This document shows positions 24,948 through 39,399 of a stretch of DNA of 64,000 nt, one piece after another. The stretch lies in contig JBHGNT010000008.1 in assembly GCA_043228905.1 (NCBI GenBank), positions 20,522,001 to 20,586,000 on the forward strand, in the 5' to 3' direction. The first letter of the stretch is position 1. Every line of letters begins with the position of its first letter. This DNA is from Azolla caroliniana (taxonomy: Eukaryota > Plantae > Polypodiophyta). The position numbers were made by a program, and so were the translations under genes. The notes beneath the pieces were generated by a model. The model searched no databases, was not told the DNA's origin, and saw only the letters and a program-made list of their open reading frames with translations.

Positions 24948-25850
24948 ACGTAGAGATGTAGTTAGTTAGTCATTAGGCACGCGCTTTGTTGATTCGAGGC
25001 TCCGTCGCCAATTGTCTCTTCGGCATACTCACGCATATTCGAGAATATTACTCCTTTTCTTAATCGACGAAGAAAAATGTGACAATCTCTCGGACCCGCT
25101 AGAAGACGACGTTCGACAGGCAGTAGGGCACAATCATTTTTATTATTTAACCTTATTTCCATGAGTTGTCATGTACACGATCATTGGGGGTTTGTAATTG
25201 ACACTTATCAAGTATAGAACCCTATCCACTATCACAACACGACACTTTTGCACAATGTGCTATTTTGTATTGATCATTCTTGAAACCAAGGAGTTCATGA
25301 TATTTAAAGACATTAATCATTCTTGAAACAAGGGGGGTTCATCATATTTAATGAGTGTGTCGACGTGTTCAAGACCCCTAATAATTACTTTTTGAATTAA
25401 TGCAAAGACCTTTTCATACATATATGTATACTAATGACTCAAGTGACTAATAAAAATATTCCTTATAACACTCAAATTTAGATTTACCAAACCTTCTTTT
25501 AAAAATTAAGCCCTCTTTTAGTGCCCTCTCAAATTCTTATTTGTGTTGAATTGTGAATTGGACAATAAGTTGTCTTTTACTCTGCCTTCAATTCAGTAGA
25601 TCAAGTGGACATTGGTTGTGTTGCCAAAAAAATTCCATTCAAAGCAATTTGGTAAATATATCCACCAATTCTTGCTTGTTCAAGATATATCAGAGATTGA
25701 TGGATATGTTCTACATTGATTTCTTCGAATACACAATCCGCTTAGGGGATGTAGTAGTGGTAATGCACTACAATGTGTATTAGGCTCACATTGAGCATAG
25801 GGTTTTGTGTTAATTGCGTTCTACTAAGGATGGAGATGTGCGATGCAAAG

Positions 25851-26105
25851 GCTCAAGTTAAAAAGAGCAAATCAGCAATTTGACTACGATGAATATTCTA
25901 CGATAATAAACAAATGAAGATGTTACTCAATTAAGTCAATGAGCACGTGGCCATAAGAGATGAGGATGAATATTCTAGGCTAGTGCAAAAATAATGTAGC
26001 TCAAGTTAAAACGAGCAAATCAGCAATTTGACTACGATGAATATTCTAGGATAATAAACAAATGAAGATGATACTCAATTAAGTCAATGAGCGCGTGGCC
26101 ATAAG
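25851..26105. repeat. ~147-bp direct duplication containing W-box (TTGACT) and G-box-like motifs
   Basis: GCTCAAGTTAAAA..TTTGACTACGATGAATATTC..GAGC(A/G)CGTGGCCATAAGA occurs twice. Confidence 0.85.
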
Positions 26106-26150
26106 AAGAGTGATGAAAAAAAAGGTGGGAATTTCCAATTCCACGGAAAG

Positions 26151-26484
26151 TTAGGCTAGTTTGTCTCCAATACATAAATTATGAATTGCCCAAATGTGAA
26201 CTCAATATTAACAAATACTCACATTATCAATGAACATAGAGATGTAGTTAGTCACTTCATACTATTAGGCTAGTTTGTCTCCACTACATAAATTATGAAT
26301 TGCCCAAATGTGAACTCAATATTAACAAATACTCACATTATCAATGAACATAGAGATGTAGTTAGTCACTACATACTATTAGGCTAGTTTGTCTCCACTA
26401 CATAAATTATGAATTGCCCAAATGTGAACTCAATATTAACAAATACTCACATTATCAATGAACATAGAGATGTAGTTAGTCACT
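26151..26484. repeat. 114-bp tandem repeat, ~3 near-identical copies
   Basis: TTAGGCTAGTTTGTCTCCA starts at 26151, 26265 and 26379. Confidence 0.95.
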
Positions 26485-27792
26485 GTATCCTATGTCAACG
26501 GGACTTTATCAACATTTTTCTTTAAAAGACATGCTATGCTTGAGCAAAAATGTTGTCATGTTCTCAAACTAATGTGAAACTACTTGATGTGACCAAGAAA
26601 AATGTGGGAATCTCCAGTGCCCACCATAAGATGTGTGGAAAGTTTCAGGTGAATATGATTGAATGGAAGTAGTAGGATTTATGGATTGGTCGTATGCGAA
26701 CTCAATATGACAAAACAATATTTGCCCATTTTACTTATCAACAAGGAGGGAATTGTCTTGTACACAGTCGTTGGGAGAACCTAATTGACACCTATCAATT
26801 ATAACACCCTACCCACTATTAGAACATGATACTTTTTCACAATACGCTCTTCATCCTTCTTGAAAAAAGGGGTGTTTATTATATTTAAAGAAATTAATCA
26901 TTCTTAAAACTAGGAGAGTTCACTATTTTAAGAGGATATCAACATGTTAAAAACCCCTTATAACGACTTTATGTTAAAAACTTTCTTAATTAGAACAAGA
27001 TTGCAAAATACCAGAGTGTTTAGATCTATTCAAAATACTTTAGATCTACGGAATTGTGCAAGGATAACAAAATATTTGACTCTATGCGAAATACTAGAGT
27101 GACTAAATCTTTGAATTTTACTTAACACTGTGTCACACGTCCTTCAACATTTGGATCAAAATGACATGCTCATACAATGAGTAACCATTTCATATGCACC
27201 TACTCTTCTACAACAATCGTTCAAAATCTCGTATCTTGTCCAAATACAAAATCCTACTTTTGGTCCCCTGTTGAGGTCGGATTGTCGAGGTCGGATTGCG
27301 ATGACTCAACGTGATTGGTTTCTTCTCTCCCCATCCAAAGTCGTGGACAAGTTGGGATTTCTAGCAATATCTAACCCTCGTAAATAAACTCCACTATATC
27401 AAAGTCACATTAACTCCACTATTTGAATTTTGGGATCAATTTAGATCTCTACCAACGATGTATCGCATATATGAGATTTCAAGCTAATTCAATTTTCTAG
27501 TGTTGATAGCTAGATGACAATACAAAATACGCGATGAATTGAGATTTCTAGCATTGATAGCAACCATGGTATAGCCTCGTAGTGTTGTTTTCACTTTTTC
27601 GACCATGAGGAAAGAGTGAAGCCATATGGTTGATTAATCATTTGGAAAGATTGGGTAAAGGCTAGATCTATTATTCAATGAGAATGTTACAACATGGACA
27701 TTTTCGTGTGATGGCCAAAGTTACAGATCATGCCAAGAGGTATGTATTATTCACCAAGCCTTGTTAGCATCTTCATATAACACGCGTGATTT

Positions 27793-28770
27793 TTAACAAG
27801 AGAGGTTGGATCCTGGATCTACACCCAAGGTGCCGCAGAACGACTGGTAGAGCTGGATCCGGTCCTGTTGGGCGGCCGGGTTCGAGGGGTTGCTTCCACA
27901 CTCGAGGCCCCCGTTGATCGCATTGATCGTGGCACCGAACCCATTGCCATTCACCATGGCGTTGTGACAAGTCGGCGAGGAGCTGGTCATCCAGAACCAG
28001 ACGGCCGTCTTGAAGGAGATAGTGGGATCGGACGCGACAATCCCGGGGTTGTTGATTCCATCGAACCCAATGGCGTCTCCGGCGGCCTTGTAGTTGTAGT
28101 TCCACGTGAGCTGGAGGGGCCCGCGGCCGTAGTACTGTTGGCCGGATGCGCACGAGACACCGGATGTCGTGTCACAGTAAGTGTCCTTGTTGATCTCCTC
28201 CACGTATTGTCCACCTGAGACCACACATATATTTATCAACATATTATGGCTCCATGGTTCAAAATATGTACAGACAGAGAGAAAGAGAGAGGTAGGGTTA
28301 TTCGTTACTGTCTGTCTTGGTCACATACTTCCTGTCTCGTGCGCGACGTTGGCGAAGAACGCCGCGAGCTCGCGCTTCTGGACGTCGGAGCTGCCTGTGG
28401 TGCCGAAGCCACTGTAGGCGGCAGCCGCTGTGAGGAAGGCGTCGTAAGTGTAGAAGCCGTTGGCGGGAGCCGAGTTCCGCTGGGAGAGGAACTGATCGAA
28501 GATGGCGCTGGTGATGATGGAGGAGACACCGCCGCCAGAAGGAGAGGAGGAGCAGGTGCAGGGCCCGCTCTGGCAGCCGGTGCAACAGTAATCGCTCGTG
28601 GAGCCGCAGTAGCCGTATTGGCTGCAGCAGAGATTATCGGCGCAAACGGCTCCTCCGGCTTGGCTGCCGCACTGCTGGGCGAGGCAGGTGGAAGGAAAGC
28701 CGGCAAAGAGGAGCAGCGCCGCCAACAGAACGGCGGCGCCGCTGTATTGCATCGCCACCACGGAAGTCAT
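27793..28770 (-). CDS. GH19 chitinase with one 10-Cys hevein domain, 287 aa; exons 28770-28329 and 28214-27793
   Basis: Signal peptide, [46 protein letters not shown]|[27 protein letters not shown] stop. GT-AG intron 28328-28215. Confidence 0.96.
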
Positions 28771-30879
28771 TGAAAAATAAGTAAATAAATAAAGATTTAA
28801 CGATTCGTTAACTAATTAATTAAGCTAATTGATCTGTAATTAGTGATGGTCTGACTCAAAGAGACGGACCCGATGTGTTCTATTTATATATACATGCATA
28901 AGAATCCAAAGTCTTTTAATACACATAGACACGGACACAAGGGACCTTTTTCTAGATAAGGAATCGTGGCAAAATGGAATGCAAAGTCTCTCGATTGAAT
29001 AGGATGTATGACCAACTTTATAACTTTGAACAATCCAAACCTAGGGTTTGAAAAACCAATATAGGAATTTCGAAAAAAATGTAGAGCTTGAGCATAAAAG
29101 TCGTGTCGTATTTTCGCACTAAGTTATACTAACCTCACCTACAATGTCGTATTTTCGCACTAATTTATACTAACCTCACCCACAATGCATCACCTCGATG
29201 CCTCAGGTGGATAAGTTGTCCTAGTCATCCATCGTGTTTAGCGTAGCACATGATTTCTCTATTAAGTTATGGCTTTTCAATCATTATTGTGCACATAAAA
29301 ATATGGACATGTTAGGGTAATTTAATTTTGTAATACACATTCTTTGTTGTTTTTTTTCGTTTTTAGTTTAATTTGTCTCAGAGGCAGAATAAGTTGACTC
29401 TCTAGGGTGTAATTTGAAGATGACAAGAAAGATAAGCACCCAAATAAAGTAAGTTTAAAGTGTGGAAAAACAACACATAGTCTTCAAATGAGGACGGAGA
29501 CGTGTGCCATACAAAGACTATTGGCAAGATAAAGTAAAACAAATTGAATACAACAAATTTAACACTTTGACTAGGAAGAACATTTCTAGAGACTAGAATA
29601 ATAAATTAACAAACAAATGAAGATGTTGTGGAAAGTCCATGAGCAAATGGCCAAAAGCAATTGGCTTATATTAGATACTTTTGCATAGTAGGCTGTTAGT
29701 CAATCTACTAGAAACTTGATTGTAGTGTGACTTCCTAGTGAAGCTGTGTAAGCAACTATAATTTAACTTGCCCTTGAAGTCGACAATGAGAGGAAGGCAA
29801 GCACATTAGGAATAGGAATGTGTATGATTTTGTGTTTCAATGTATGTAGTTATGTTTGTTTGTTTGCACACACTTGTGTGTATGCGTGTTTGTTTGATAT
29901 GGAAAGGTCCATTGGGCATGTGGTGATGCATTGACACTATCCTCCAAACTAATTCGTGGAAAAACTATATTTTTCTCTTTCAAGAAGTCTTCCTCATCAA
30001 GCTGTAGAGACATATGGCAACAAGAAAGTCTAGAAACATGTATCTCACATCTTGCAATCACTCACCTCATTGAGTGTAGGAATATCTTCATTATCCTATA
30101 CATAGCCATGCCAAAATGGATAATCAAATGAAGAATGTATAAACCATGATAGTTCCAACCTACACCCTACTGTTCCCAAATTTGAAATGCTCATTTTAAA
30201 ATTTAGGAAACCATTCTACTTCCCAACAAGGTCTTTAAACTTGAGCTTGATCATGTCTAGATCATAGAAACCTCCATGATTGCTCAATTTCTCGTCTTCC
30301 AAGCTATCACATCCCTCCTCGTAATGAGCCACACCATTGACCTAGAACATGTGTTGCAACAAGTTCCGTCAAACATCTTTCTTTATGTTACTCAAGCTAC
30401 AAGGTAGCAAACAACAACATTTTACACACCAAACTAAATTAAGAATAGGCTAACCCTCCCATTGTACAAAACACTACAATACAAAGAACTCAAGCTTACT
30501 ACCATAACGCAAACCCTAAACCACTGACTACCAAAGCTCAATCCCTAAACCATGAGAAGGAAGGAAAATAGGCATCAAGATGGTGGGATGTTTGAAACCA
30601 AATAGAAGATAATGAATTGCAACCATTCACATCTTTGCAAACTTCAAGGAACACAATTGACTAATTTGAAGAAGCACTTGATTTGGGTGCATATTGGAGG
30701 ATGCATTGGTTTGGTGGGGGGTGATGTATTGTTGCGATTCGCACACATTGTGAGATCATCTCCAAAGGGATGAAATTTCCACTTTCAAATGCTATTTTTT
30801 AGATAAGTAGGGAGCAAGTTTTGAATATGAAATGTTTTCTGTTTAAAGTAGTAGAACAATAATTGTATTTTTAAAAGAA

Positions 30880-32530
30880 GATTCATCTTGGTATTAATGG
30901 AAAGATGCCGAAAGGCTACAACGAATTCATACTATATATTACAACCGTCATATCCACATCAACCAACATGTCAAGTATCAAAAGCCCTCATGTAGGGTTG
31001 TTCCAAGACGGGGGTCGGAAAAGCCATCTTGGTGGAGCATATCTCCACTTTATTCTCTCTCCAAAAGAGGTGAAGACCTCTGCCTTTTTCCAAACTTCTC
31101 AAAACTATTGTTGTTTACGAATCACAACCTCTGGCTCACTGATTATTGCTTCATATTGACCGCTTAGAGTATGTAAGAGCATTAACCATATCTCCGTGAC
31201 TAACTCAGCCGCATTCTGTTTAACTTTCTGAAATACACATTTACATATAGCCTCCACAATACCCAAACTACTAAAGAAGATATCGTAGACCAGACCTTGT
31301 CCTCTTCCAAACAATGGATTGTTGTAGTATAAGAGACCTTCAATACATGTCTTCCATCGGAGAGGAGAAGAAAATCAACATACTCCTTTTCATAGTCCAG
31401 AATTTCTTTAACCAATCTTCCCCATCTCACAAAACCCCATGTGCACCTGCTTACCATAAATAGGATACAACATTCTCAACATTCTTTTCCAAATTGCATT
31501 AGCAATAGGACATATCCATAAAACATGGTAAACCGATTCAATGGGAGAACCACAACTATCACATTTTAAATGATGGAAATGCCCCCGCATCCATGACTTC
31601 ACAGGAATGTCATAATGTGTCTACAACCGTCTAAATAACACAACTTTTTTAGGAATTTGCATGGCCCATAACCATTTCCAATAAGCATTCAACCAAGAGC
31701 CTGTTACATTACCAGATCTCCAAAATTTCCAAGCTGTTGGCATAACAACCACACCCCTCATTGCTCTACCCATTTTTACCGAATACTGAAAAAATGGGAT
31801 TTGCTTACCTAGCATTCCTTGCGCTGATATGGTTTTGCCATTTCCACTCACCAGGATCCCACAAAAGGTGATCAATGGGCTTATTCTCATAGACCCACAA
31901 TTCAGAAAGATTGTTTATATCATTTGGATGTGGATTCATCATCCATTTTTTAGATTTCTTCCACAATATGCGAATAGGCAACATATTCCCTTGAGTTACA
32001 ATTCTGTCTTCCACAAAGAGAGAATGAAGTCGTCCAGAAGGCAAAACATCGAAGTAAAGACATTCATGAGAGTTTTTATAACCCCTGACCCCCAACAAGA
32101 CATGTAGGGATGAAAACATACCATACCAAAATAGACTAGTTTGAGAAGGCTGAAAGGAAGATATCGTAAAGACTGTTATCCATTTCTGCATACATAATGT
32201 TCCCTCCCCAAATTGTACTACAAACATGGGTTTTGTTTTCCATCGTTGAAGAAGAAAAAGTCAGTCAATTCCTAGTTACTCAGCTTCACCTTTATCAAAG
32301 TCAAACCAATTCAACCTGGTTCTCTTCCCTAAAATTATCCCCTCTTCTGATGTAAATAGTGGGTTCAATAAGAGGGGTTGGCGCAACCATTCCTCCATAC
32401 ATGATTGTAGTTAAGCTAAAGCATGAGCACTAAGTGTGAACATGCTCTTAACCTTAGTGAATGTGAATCCTATATAAAGGGAACTTCGTCTAGGGTGTGG
32501 ATGGAGAGAAAACAAGTATCTAATGTAGGG
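30880..32530 (-). mobile_element. L1 LINE 3' fragment (zf-RVT region)
   Basis: WKWLWAMQIPKKVVLF, KCDSCGSPIESVYHVLWICPIANAIW and VVWVLWRL in broken frames. Confidence 0.8.
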
Positions 32531-33511
32531 AAAAAATACAAGTGTACCAAACACTCAAAAGGAGAATAGATATTCCAGGTGTAAGTCATACATTTCAATA
32601 AAAAACATCAATTTTAATCTTATTCATGATGTGTTGCATGACACATTAAGTAAGTCTAATCTCATTTAACCTAAAATTTATAATATGTTCTGATCTATTG
32701 GTGGAGCCTCTATAATCTATCTTGAAGTTCATAGTTTTAGACGTAACTCAACAAAACATGTTTACAAACCATCCTTCTACCTATCCATCGCTACATGTCA
32801 ATAGAGGCCTAAACCTTGTCTCCATATGTGTGACACTCACTTTAGGATCATCACATTCTCTTGTTTGCTCATGTGTAATAGAAATGAGTTCCCTTTACCA
32901 AAAGCACTTCCTCGAAAATTGGTAAGAGGTGAGTTGCCATGTGCATTTGGACAATTTGCATTAGAAAGGTAGTACATGCGTTCTTTAGGTGAGAATCCCT
33001 TTACCAATGATCATTCTAATAATCATCATTGATTCACAAACCTTTTCAATAAAGTCTTGAATCTCTCATTCAATATATTTGCCAAGTGTTAATTACATTT
33101 GCAAATTCAATCTCATCAAAATGTGCACTTGAATTTCCAAAAAGACATAAGGAATATTTTCTCCAATAAATATTCGTTCTCAAGAATTCCCTGTTTTTTT
33201 ATATTATTTCACTGAAAAATATTTCCTCGGAGGAAAACCATGTAGCCAATGACCTAAGTGATTTATGATGTATTGTATGATGGGTCTCAAGAAAATATTG
33301 TGTATGACTAATGATAACACATGTTGTGCATTAAAAACAAATGTTGAAACTCGTGAGGCTATAGGGTATTTAAGTATATTTATATCTGGATTCTCCTAAG
33401 GCCAAACTTGTGCTCTTGAACCAAACTTTTCTAAAGATGTTACTGATGAAAGAGTATTTGTAAAGCGAGGAAGGTGCTTCTAAAGTGAGTTTAAATATCT
33501 AACATAGAACA

Positions 33512-34164
33512 TGTTGAGAATCTGGTCCCTTTGAATGGGATGGAGAGCCAGTAGGATTGGCTTGAAGCCAATCAACTGAAGAGTCGGACGATAGCTGGCT
33601 TGTTTGGCTCGGAACTCGGATATTGCACAAGGAATCAGATCGTCACGAGCCGACTAAGCTCGACTAGAGCCTCGGCCAAAAATCGACCGATAACAGACTC
33701 GACTAATAACCAAATCGGTTGAAGCCTACTTGGGGCTATATTTGTAAATAGCCTAAATGTATATGGCTATAAATATAGCTAGGGAAAAAGTAGTTTGAGA
33801 GTAGTTGCTATAAAGAGTTGTAAGTGAGAGTGTAGTGTAACAGTTGTGGCTGTTAAAGAAGGTTGATGAAATTCTCTAGTACTAACTCTCTCTACTATTG
33901 TAGTCATCCATCTACATCTTAGACAAAGGATCTGATCATTCAGTTGTGGTCGGATTAAAGCATTGTATCACCCATGCATGGTATATCACAGAAGAATACT
34001 ATGTATATCCACATATAGTGAAGTTGTTCCGGACTTTGTGGCCTCCCATGGTTTTTCCCTTTTAGGGTTTTCCACAATAAACTCTAGTGCATTTGTGTTT
34101 ATTGTTCTTTGTTTCATATCTTATCTCTTCATGTGTGATCCTGCATTCGTCGATTTTCCCAACA
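33512..34164 (+). mobile_element. Solo LTR
   Basis: TGTTG..CAACA ends, near-TSD GAACA/AAACA, TATA box, and the U5-type motif GGTTTTTCCC..AGGGTTTTCCA also seen at ~61085. Confidence 0.8.
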
Positions 34165-36429
34165 AAACATATAGAAATATTGGGCTCCATCCTTTTCTTG
34201 TGTCACGCACATTTACGCAGATCGTCATCTTGATCATAAAGAGTATCCACATTTGCACCACAGAGATGTCCAACAATCCATTTGCAGTACCAACTCATTC
34301 CTTGATTTTCTTAGTTTTCTATTATACAAGTTTGTTCATGACTTACTAATCTTATAAATGTTTAAAGCATAATTTTACAAAGCCAATTCCTTGGAATGAT
34401 GTGTTGGATCTATGTATTGATGAAGTTAATCTCTTCTCGATGTTGTTTGTGGAGCACAGATCGACATATGCCTTTTGATGGCGAATCAAACGAAGGTGGT
34501 TGTCAAACACCTTTGTGCCTCACAATCACTGAACGATTAAGCAATGATTAAAAACACTGTCTCTCTCACTCGCTCTCATAGACAATAGAAGTAATGAATA
34601 TCTTTATTAACCCTCTTGCTAGGAGGTCTAACTCCAACTAGGAAGAGAGATTAGTGTTTATTTACGAAACACTATCACTAATCTCTCTTAAGCTTAAAGG
34701 TTACCAGAAGGAGGAGAGGAAGCTTGAGTTCTTAATCACTTGGGAGATCTTTACAAATAGAAGAACCCTTACAAAGACACCACAATGTGGTTTACATAGG
34801 TTTTACATTTAAGGTGTGGCCCTTTCACACTTGGCCATCTATTAACTTCCCTTTCCCTTGATTGGTTCTCCTTTAGCGGTATTATGTTCTTGTTGATGCA
34901 CCCTTCTTCATGACCGATCATGATGTGATCCAAGCGCTTAAAAATGACCATTTGCAAGAGTGTTTAATCATCCCAAAGGACCACGTATGTGTGGGGCCTA
35001 GAGTAGAAAGAGGGCAAAATAAATGGTGTGAGTAATTGTAATTGTCAAAGCAGCTCTATGGATGTGGCATTAGTGGATATCACTAATTGCAAGTTTGTTG
35101 ATGTCTACGATGGTTTTGGTGATTTCATGTTCTTTAGACATTCATACACAATGAAACGCGATTCCCTTCTAATTGAATACACTAAAATCAATGCTATAAC
35201 TCTTCCATCACTTCACCAACATGCTCTACACCAACATCCAAACAACAAAGTATAGAATGGTTGGGCACACTTGGATAGTGTCACATACATATGTAGTTTT
35301 TGGCACATACATCTATGCATTATGTAAGGTAAAATTTGCCTTAGATAGTGATTTACATGTGTTAGTTTCACAAAAAAAATTCTCTTGATTTATTAGAAAG
35401 ATAGATACATACATTTATAATTTAGCATGGAAAATTGAGTATCAGTTAATTAGATTGAAGATATTTTAGAGCCAACAAGAAAATTGAATCAATTATTGAT
35501 ACTAACGAGTCAATTAATTAGTGACAAACACATGAATGGGGACATATGTATTAGAAACTATGGTAAACCTATGAAACTATCTCATGACATGCACCCCAAC
35601 ATAGATTGGAAGGAACATTTAGGGAATGATTAGTTTCTTGTTGGAAAGGAGGGATTGGAAACCATCATTCCTTTCTAATTCCCAACAGAACAAAGGTATG
35701 AATCAAATTATGATTCTAGTGTCAAGTAACTTTGAGTGTCTTATCACTTGACCACTTCACATGAAGTAGTAATGTGCTTGAACACATCAAGGCCTAGTAT
35801 ATCTGCATATTTATGAAGGCTAGTGTTAGTGTCCCACTAATTATTTGAAGCCAAACATAAAGAATTATGGACCAAAGGAAAGGAAGACGGGATGTGAGAC
35901 CACCTAACCACCCATAGTGATGGCATGACAATAAGGTCAAGCGGGATAATGACACCGCACATCTAGAACCTGAGACTTGGGCACCGGAGAGTTAGGATGG
36001 TCTAGTTGATGGCACAAAGATCATCACCAAAGCTATGGGCCATGCCACGATATGACCCCAGAGAAGGATCAAGTCAATGTGGGAATAGATGAAGGCAATA
36101 AATGCTAAATGATTAAGGATAGAGACAAAGGGGACGAAGATTGGGACGAAGATATGAAGGGTGTCCCATAGGGAATAATCTGGATATTAAATTCAAAGGA
36201 TGAAGGTTATGAGAAACATGGGAAGAAACAAAAGTAGGGTATCAAATTTGTGAAAGCTCAAGAGGAAGACAAGCATGGACCTGACATAAACCCAACACAT
36301 GCCTACTTGGTATAGATAAAGAAACAGAAAGAAAAGGAACATCGGTTTATGTTCTTGGTCAGTCTCTAATATAGATAGGGTAAGAATAATGAAAAGAATT
36401 AAGACAAGGGTCAAAGTTTCTAACTTGGC

Positions 36430-38460
36430 GAACCCCCTGTGTATCACACTTGGCACATATTGGAGGATGCGCAAGTTTGGTGGGGATGAAGTTCATGATG
36501 TGGTAAACGCATATGAAGAAATAATTAAAAACTAGGAATATTAAAAAGTTTGAATGATAAACGGAGGGTGTGGTAACAAAGGCATCTTGCGAGTTGAAGT
36601 TGACTACTACAAAAAGGTGTAACTCAATAGCTAAAAGCATGTGCTATGAGTGGGATGTCAGATGTTCGATTCTTACTTGGCCCCTAAGAGTTTAGGTGGA
36701 TAAATGAATGTGATGGTGGACATTATGATTAACTTTTTGCTAGCGTCAAAAGGAAACGTAGAGATGCAAGTTGGAAAGAAAAGCATGGTGCAAGCTAAAA
36801 TAAAAAAAGCCCCCACTAATTTTGTTTTCGAGCAAGAGCCACTAATTATTTGGGGGGAGGGGGAGAAATGTTGCCAAATTTTGAAGAGAGAGCTAGGGTT
36901 GTGAATCAAGATGATGTGCAAGACGACGTGACCATCATTCGTTGGGACATTGCACCGAAACTCAAGGATCTCCCCTTGAAGCTCTACTTGTGGATCTATC
37001 CTCTCCATTTTTTCTTTCCTTCTTCATCTTCATCTTCTTCTCCCCACGTACTTGAGATATTAGGTTTCATTTTCTTTAGATTCATGAATATTAGGATTCT
37101 TAGTTCTTGTTTTACTTCTTGAAGTTACCACCATTGTAATCTTTTACCCTAAAAACTTGTAAACCCTATTTTATAATGAGACTTTCTTTCATAACCTAGC
37201 ATTTTCGGCCTACAAAGTGGCCTATTTTGGACTTAATATTGTGAAACTCCTTTGCAAACTTAGGCTCTTTGAGCTAATCGTGCGTTTTGTTCTTAATCGC
37301 ATGTGTTAAATTTTCTTCGACTTGTCGCTCTCATGTTGTTGGAAATGCATAGGAGGAAATAAGTGAAAATAAGAATATCAAAATGCTCGAATGATAGATT
37401 GAGGGTACAATATGATGGAAAAGTAGCGAGTTGCATTTAAAAACCAATAAAGAAGTCCTAGCTCAATTGCGAAAAGCTTGTACTATGAGTCGGAGGGGAA
37501 AAGTAGAACATGCAAGTGAAAAAGTAAACCCTCATTAATTTTGTTTGTGAGAGAGCCTCCTGGATTCAATAAAAGGATGAAAAAAGCTCATTGTTGGTGT
37601 GGAAATGTTGCCAAATTCTAAAGAGAGAGCTAGGGTTGCGAATCCAAAGGGCGTGCAAGACCAACATTGATGAGAGGCGACGTGACCTTCGTTTATTGGG
37701 ACGTTGCTGTGATGTGGGGAGCACATAAGAGGAAATAAGTTAAACTAAAAATATTAAGAAGGTTGAATGATAAAGCTAAGGTGTGGTAAGAAGAACAAGT
37801 AATGTGTTGCATTTAAAAACAATAAAAAAGTCTTATTTAAATTGCTAAGAGTTTGTAATATAAGTGAGAGGGGAAAAATAGAATTGTAATTAGGAAAGGA
37901 AAATCATGGCTTGTGATAAAATAAAGAAGCACCTAGTTGTTTAGTTGGGAAAAAACCTCTTTCATCCTATAAAAGGGGTGAAGAAAACTCCATTTGTAAT
38001 CTCATGGTCTTTGGGCTAATTACGTGTTTCAATCTTAATCTTGCACATAATTCGTTGTTCAGCTTGTTGCTACGTTTGAGTTTGAGGAGCCTTTGACTAT
38101 GCAGATCCTTTGGGTTTGAAGAATCTTCGACTCTATAGTGCCTTTGACTGTAACTTATCTTTGACTCTAGGATACATTCCACTTTGACTTATCTTCGACC
38201 CTGGGTTTCCTTCGACGTTGCAAAACCCTTGACTCTGTAGAGCCTTCCACTTTGACTTCCTTTGACTTTGACCTACATTCGACTTTGGAATACATTTGAG
38301 TCTAGGTTACAATAGACACTGACCTACCTTTGACTCTAATTTACCACCAATTCTGATTTACCTTCGAGTTTGTAGAACCTTCCACTATGAGGAATGTTTG
38401 ACCTTTGAGGAGCCTTCAACTTTGAAGAGCTCTTGACTTTGAGGAATGTATGAACAAACC
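36430..38460. repeat. Old retroelement-derived region with internal duplications and degenerate TTTGACT repeats
   Basis: PPT-proximal motif GGATGCGCAAGTTTGGTGGGGATGAA (~36467) is shared with ~55040-55065. 36860-36950 resembles 37600-37710, and 37340-37520 resembles 37720-37900. Confidence 0.5.
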
Positions 38461-39399
38461 ATCACAAACGAGGGATTGCTTCAAACAGATGCGAATATAG
38501 ACTCAAGAAGAGTAAGAGAAACAATGTTTAAGGAGGAGAACGGGAAAAAAGACTTGAATTATGGTTTGTAATTATGATTGTTCACCTTGATTTTAATAAA
38601 ACGGGCAAAACATACTTACAGAAGGTTTGGAGAGGCAAACATATAGAGAAAGTTCTAGAGATGTACATGCTCTAGTGGATTCTAGAATATACAAGAATAA
38701 CCATGGAATGTGATTTGTGTTGATGGATTCTAGTATATATAATTGTAAGAAAGGGTGAAAAGCTAAGTGGTTAAGGCTATTCACTTTGCGGGGAGGATTG
38801 AAGTTTGAGTCCTTGATGTGATAATATCACACACACGTAAAACCTCTTCTTTGACTATTGTATCTAATTGCTTAACCAAATAGGCTTCCTAGTTTATGTA
38901 TCTTGTGCGAACGTTTATGTATCTTGTGTGTGTTCAGAGCCATATTATTTGATACTTTTTGGAAAAACAAAAAATCTTCAAACTAGAGCAAAACCCATTT
39001 CATACATATTTGGCCAACCTAAGATCATAAATCAAACTAGTTTTCCTAGTTCTCAAGACCTAGGGACGGTTGTTGGGAAAACAAATTTCTTTTGATAGGA
39101 GGATAGACATTCTGGACACATATTGTGGTAAGACATCTATTTTTTTTTGCTTAGTTTTACATATATATTATGAAGGCCTATTTGAATTTGACTAGTCTAT
39201 CTTAAAAAACCATTATGGCACAATACTTCATATGTTTTATAGCTTCTTGGTCAGAATTCATGATTACAATCACGAGGGCTTAAACCATGGCCATATACAC
39301 GAACACACATTATCTCATTTATCTACCTATTCGGCCTATAAACTTCCATATTGCATATATGAAGAGAGACCAAATACATCATGCTATGTAGTTTGTATG

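Larger units (their letters stand above)
21765..28330. repeat. Tandem segmental duplication containing chitinases 2 and 3 (units ~21765-24540 and ~24940-28530)
   Basis: Collinear matches: 21770/24940, 22330/25490, 22990/26990, 23480/27510, plus near-identical exons and introns. Confidence 0.9.

Noticed and set aside
5218-28770. Bacterial origin of the GC-rich chitinases
   Set aside because: Spliceosomal introns, plant signal peptides and hevein domains indicate ordinary plant genes.
34440-36400. Possible further LTR remnants and short ORFs
   Set aside because: No defensible termini, TSD or protein motifs.
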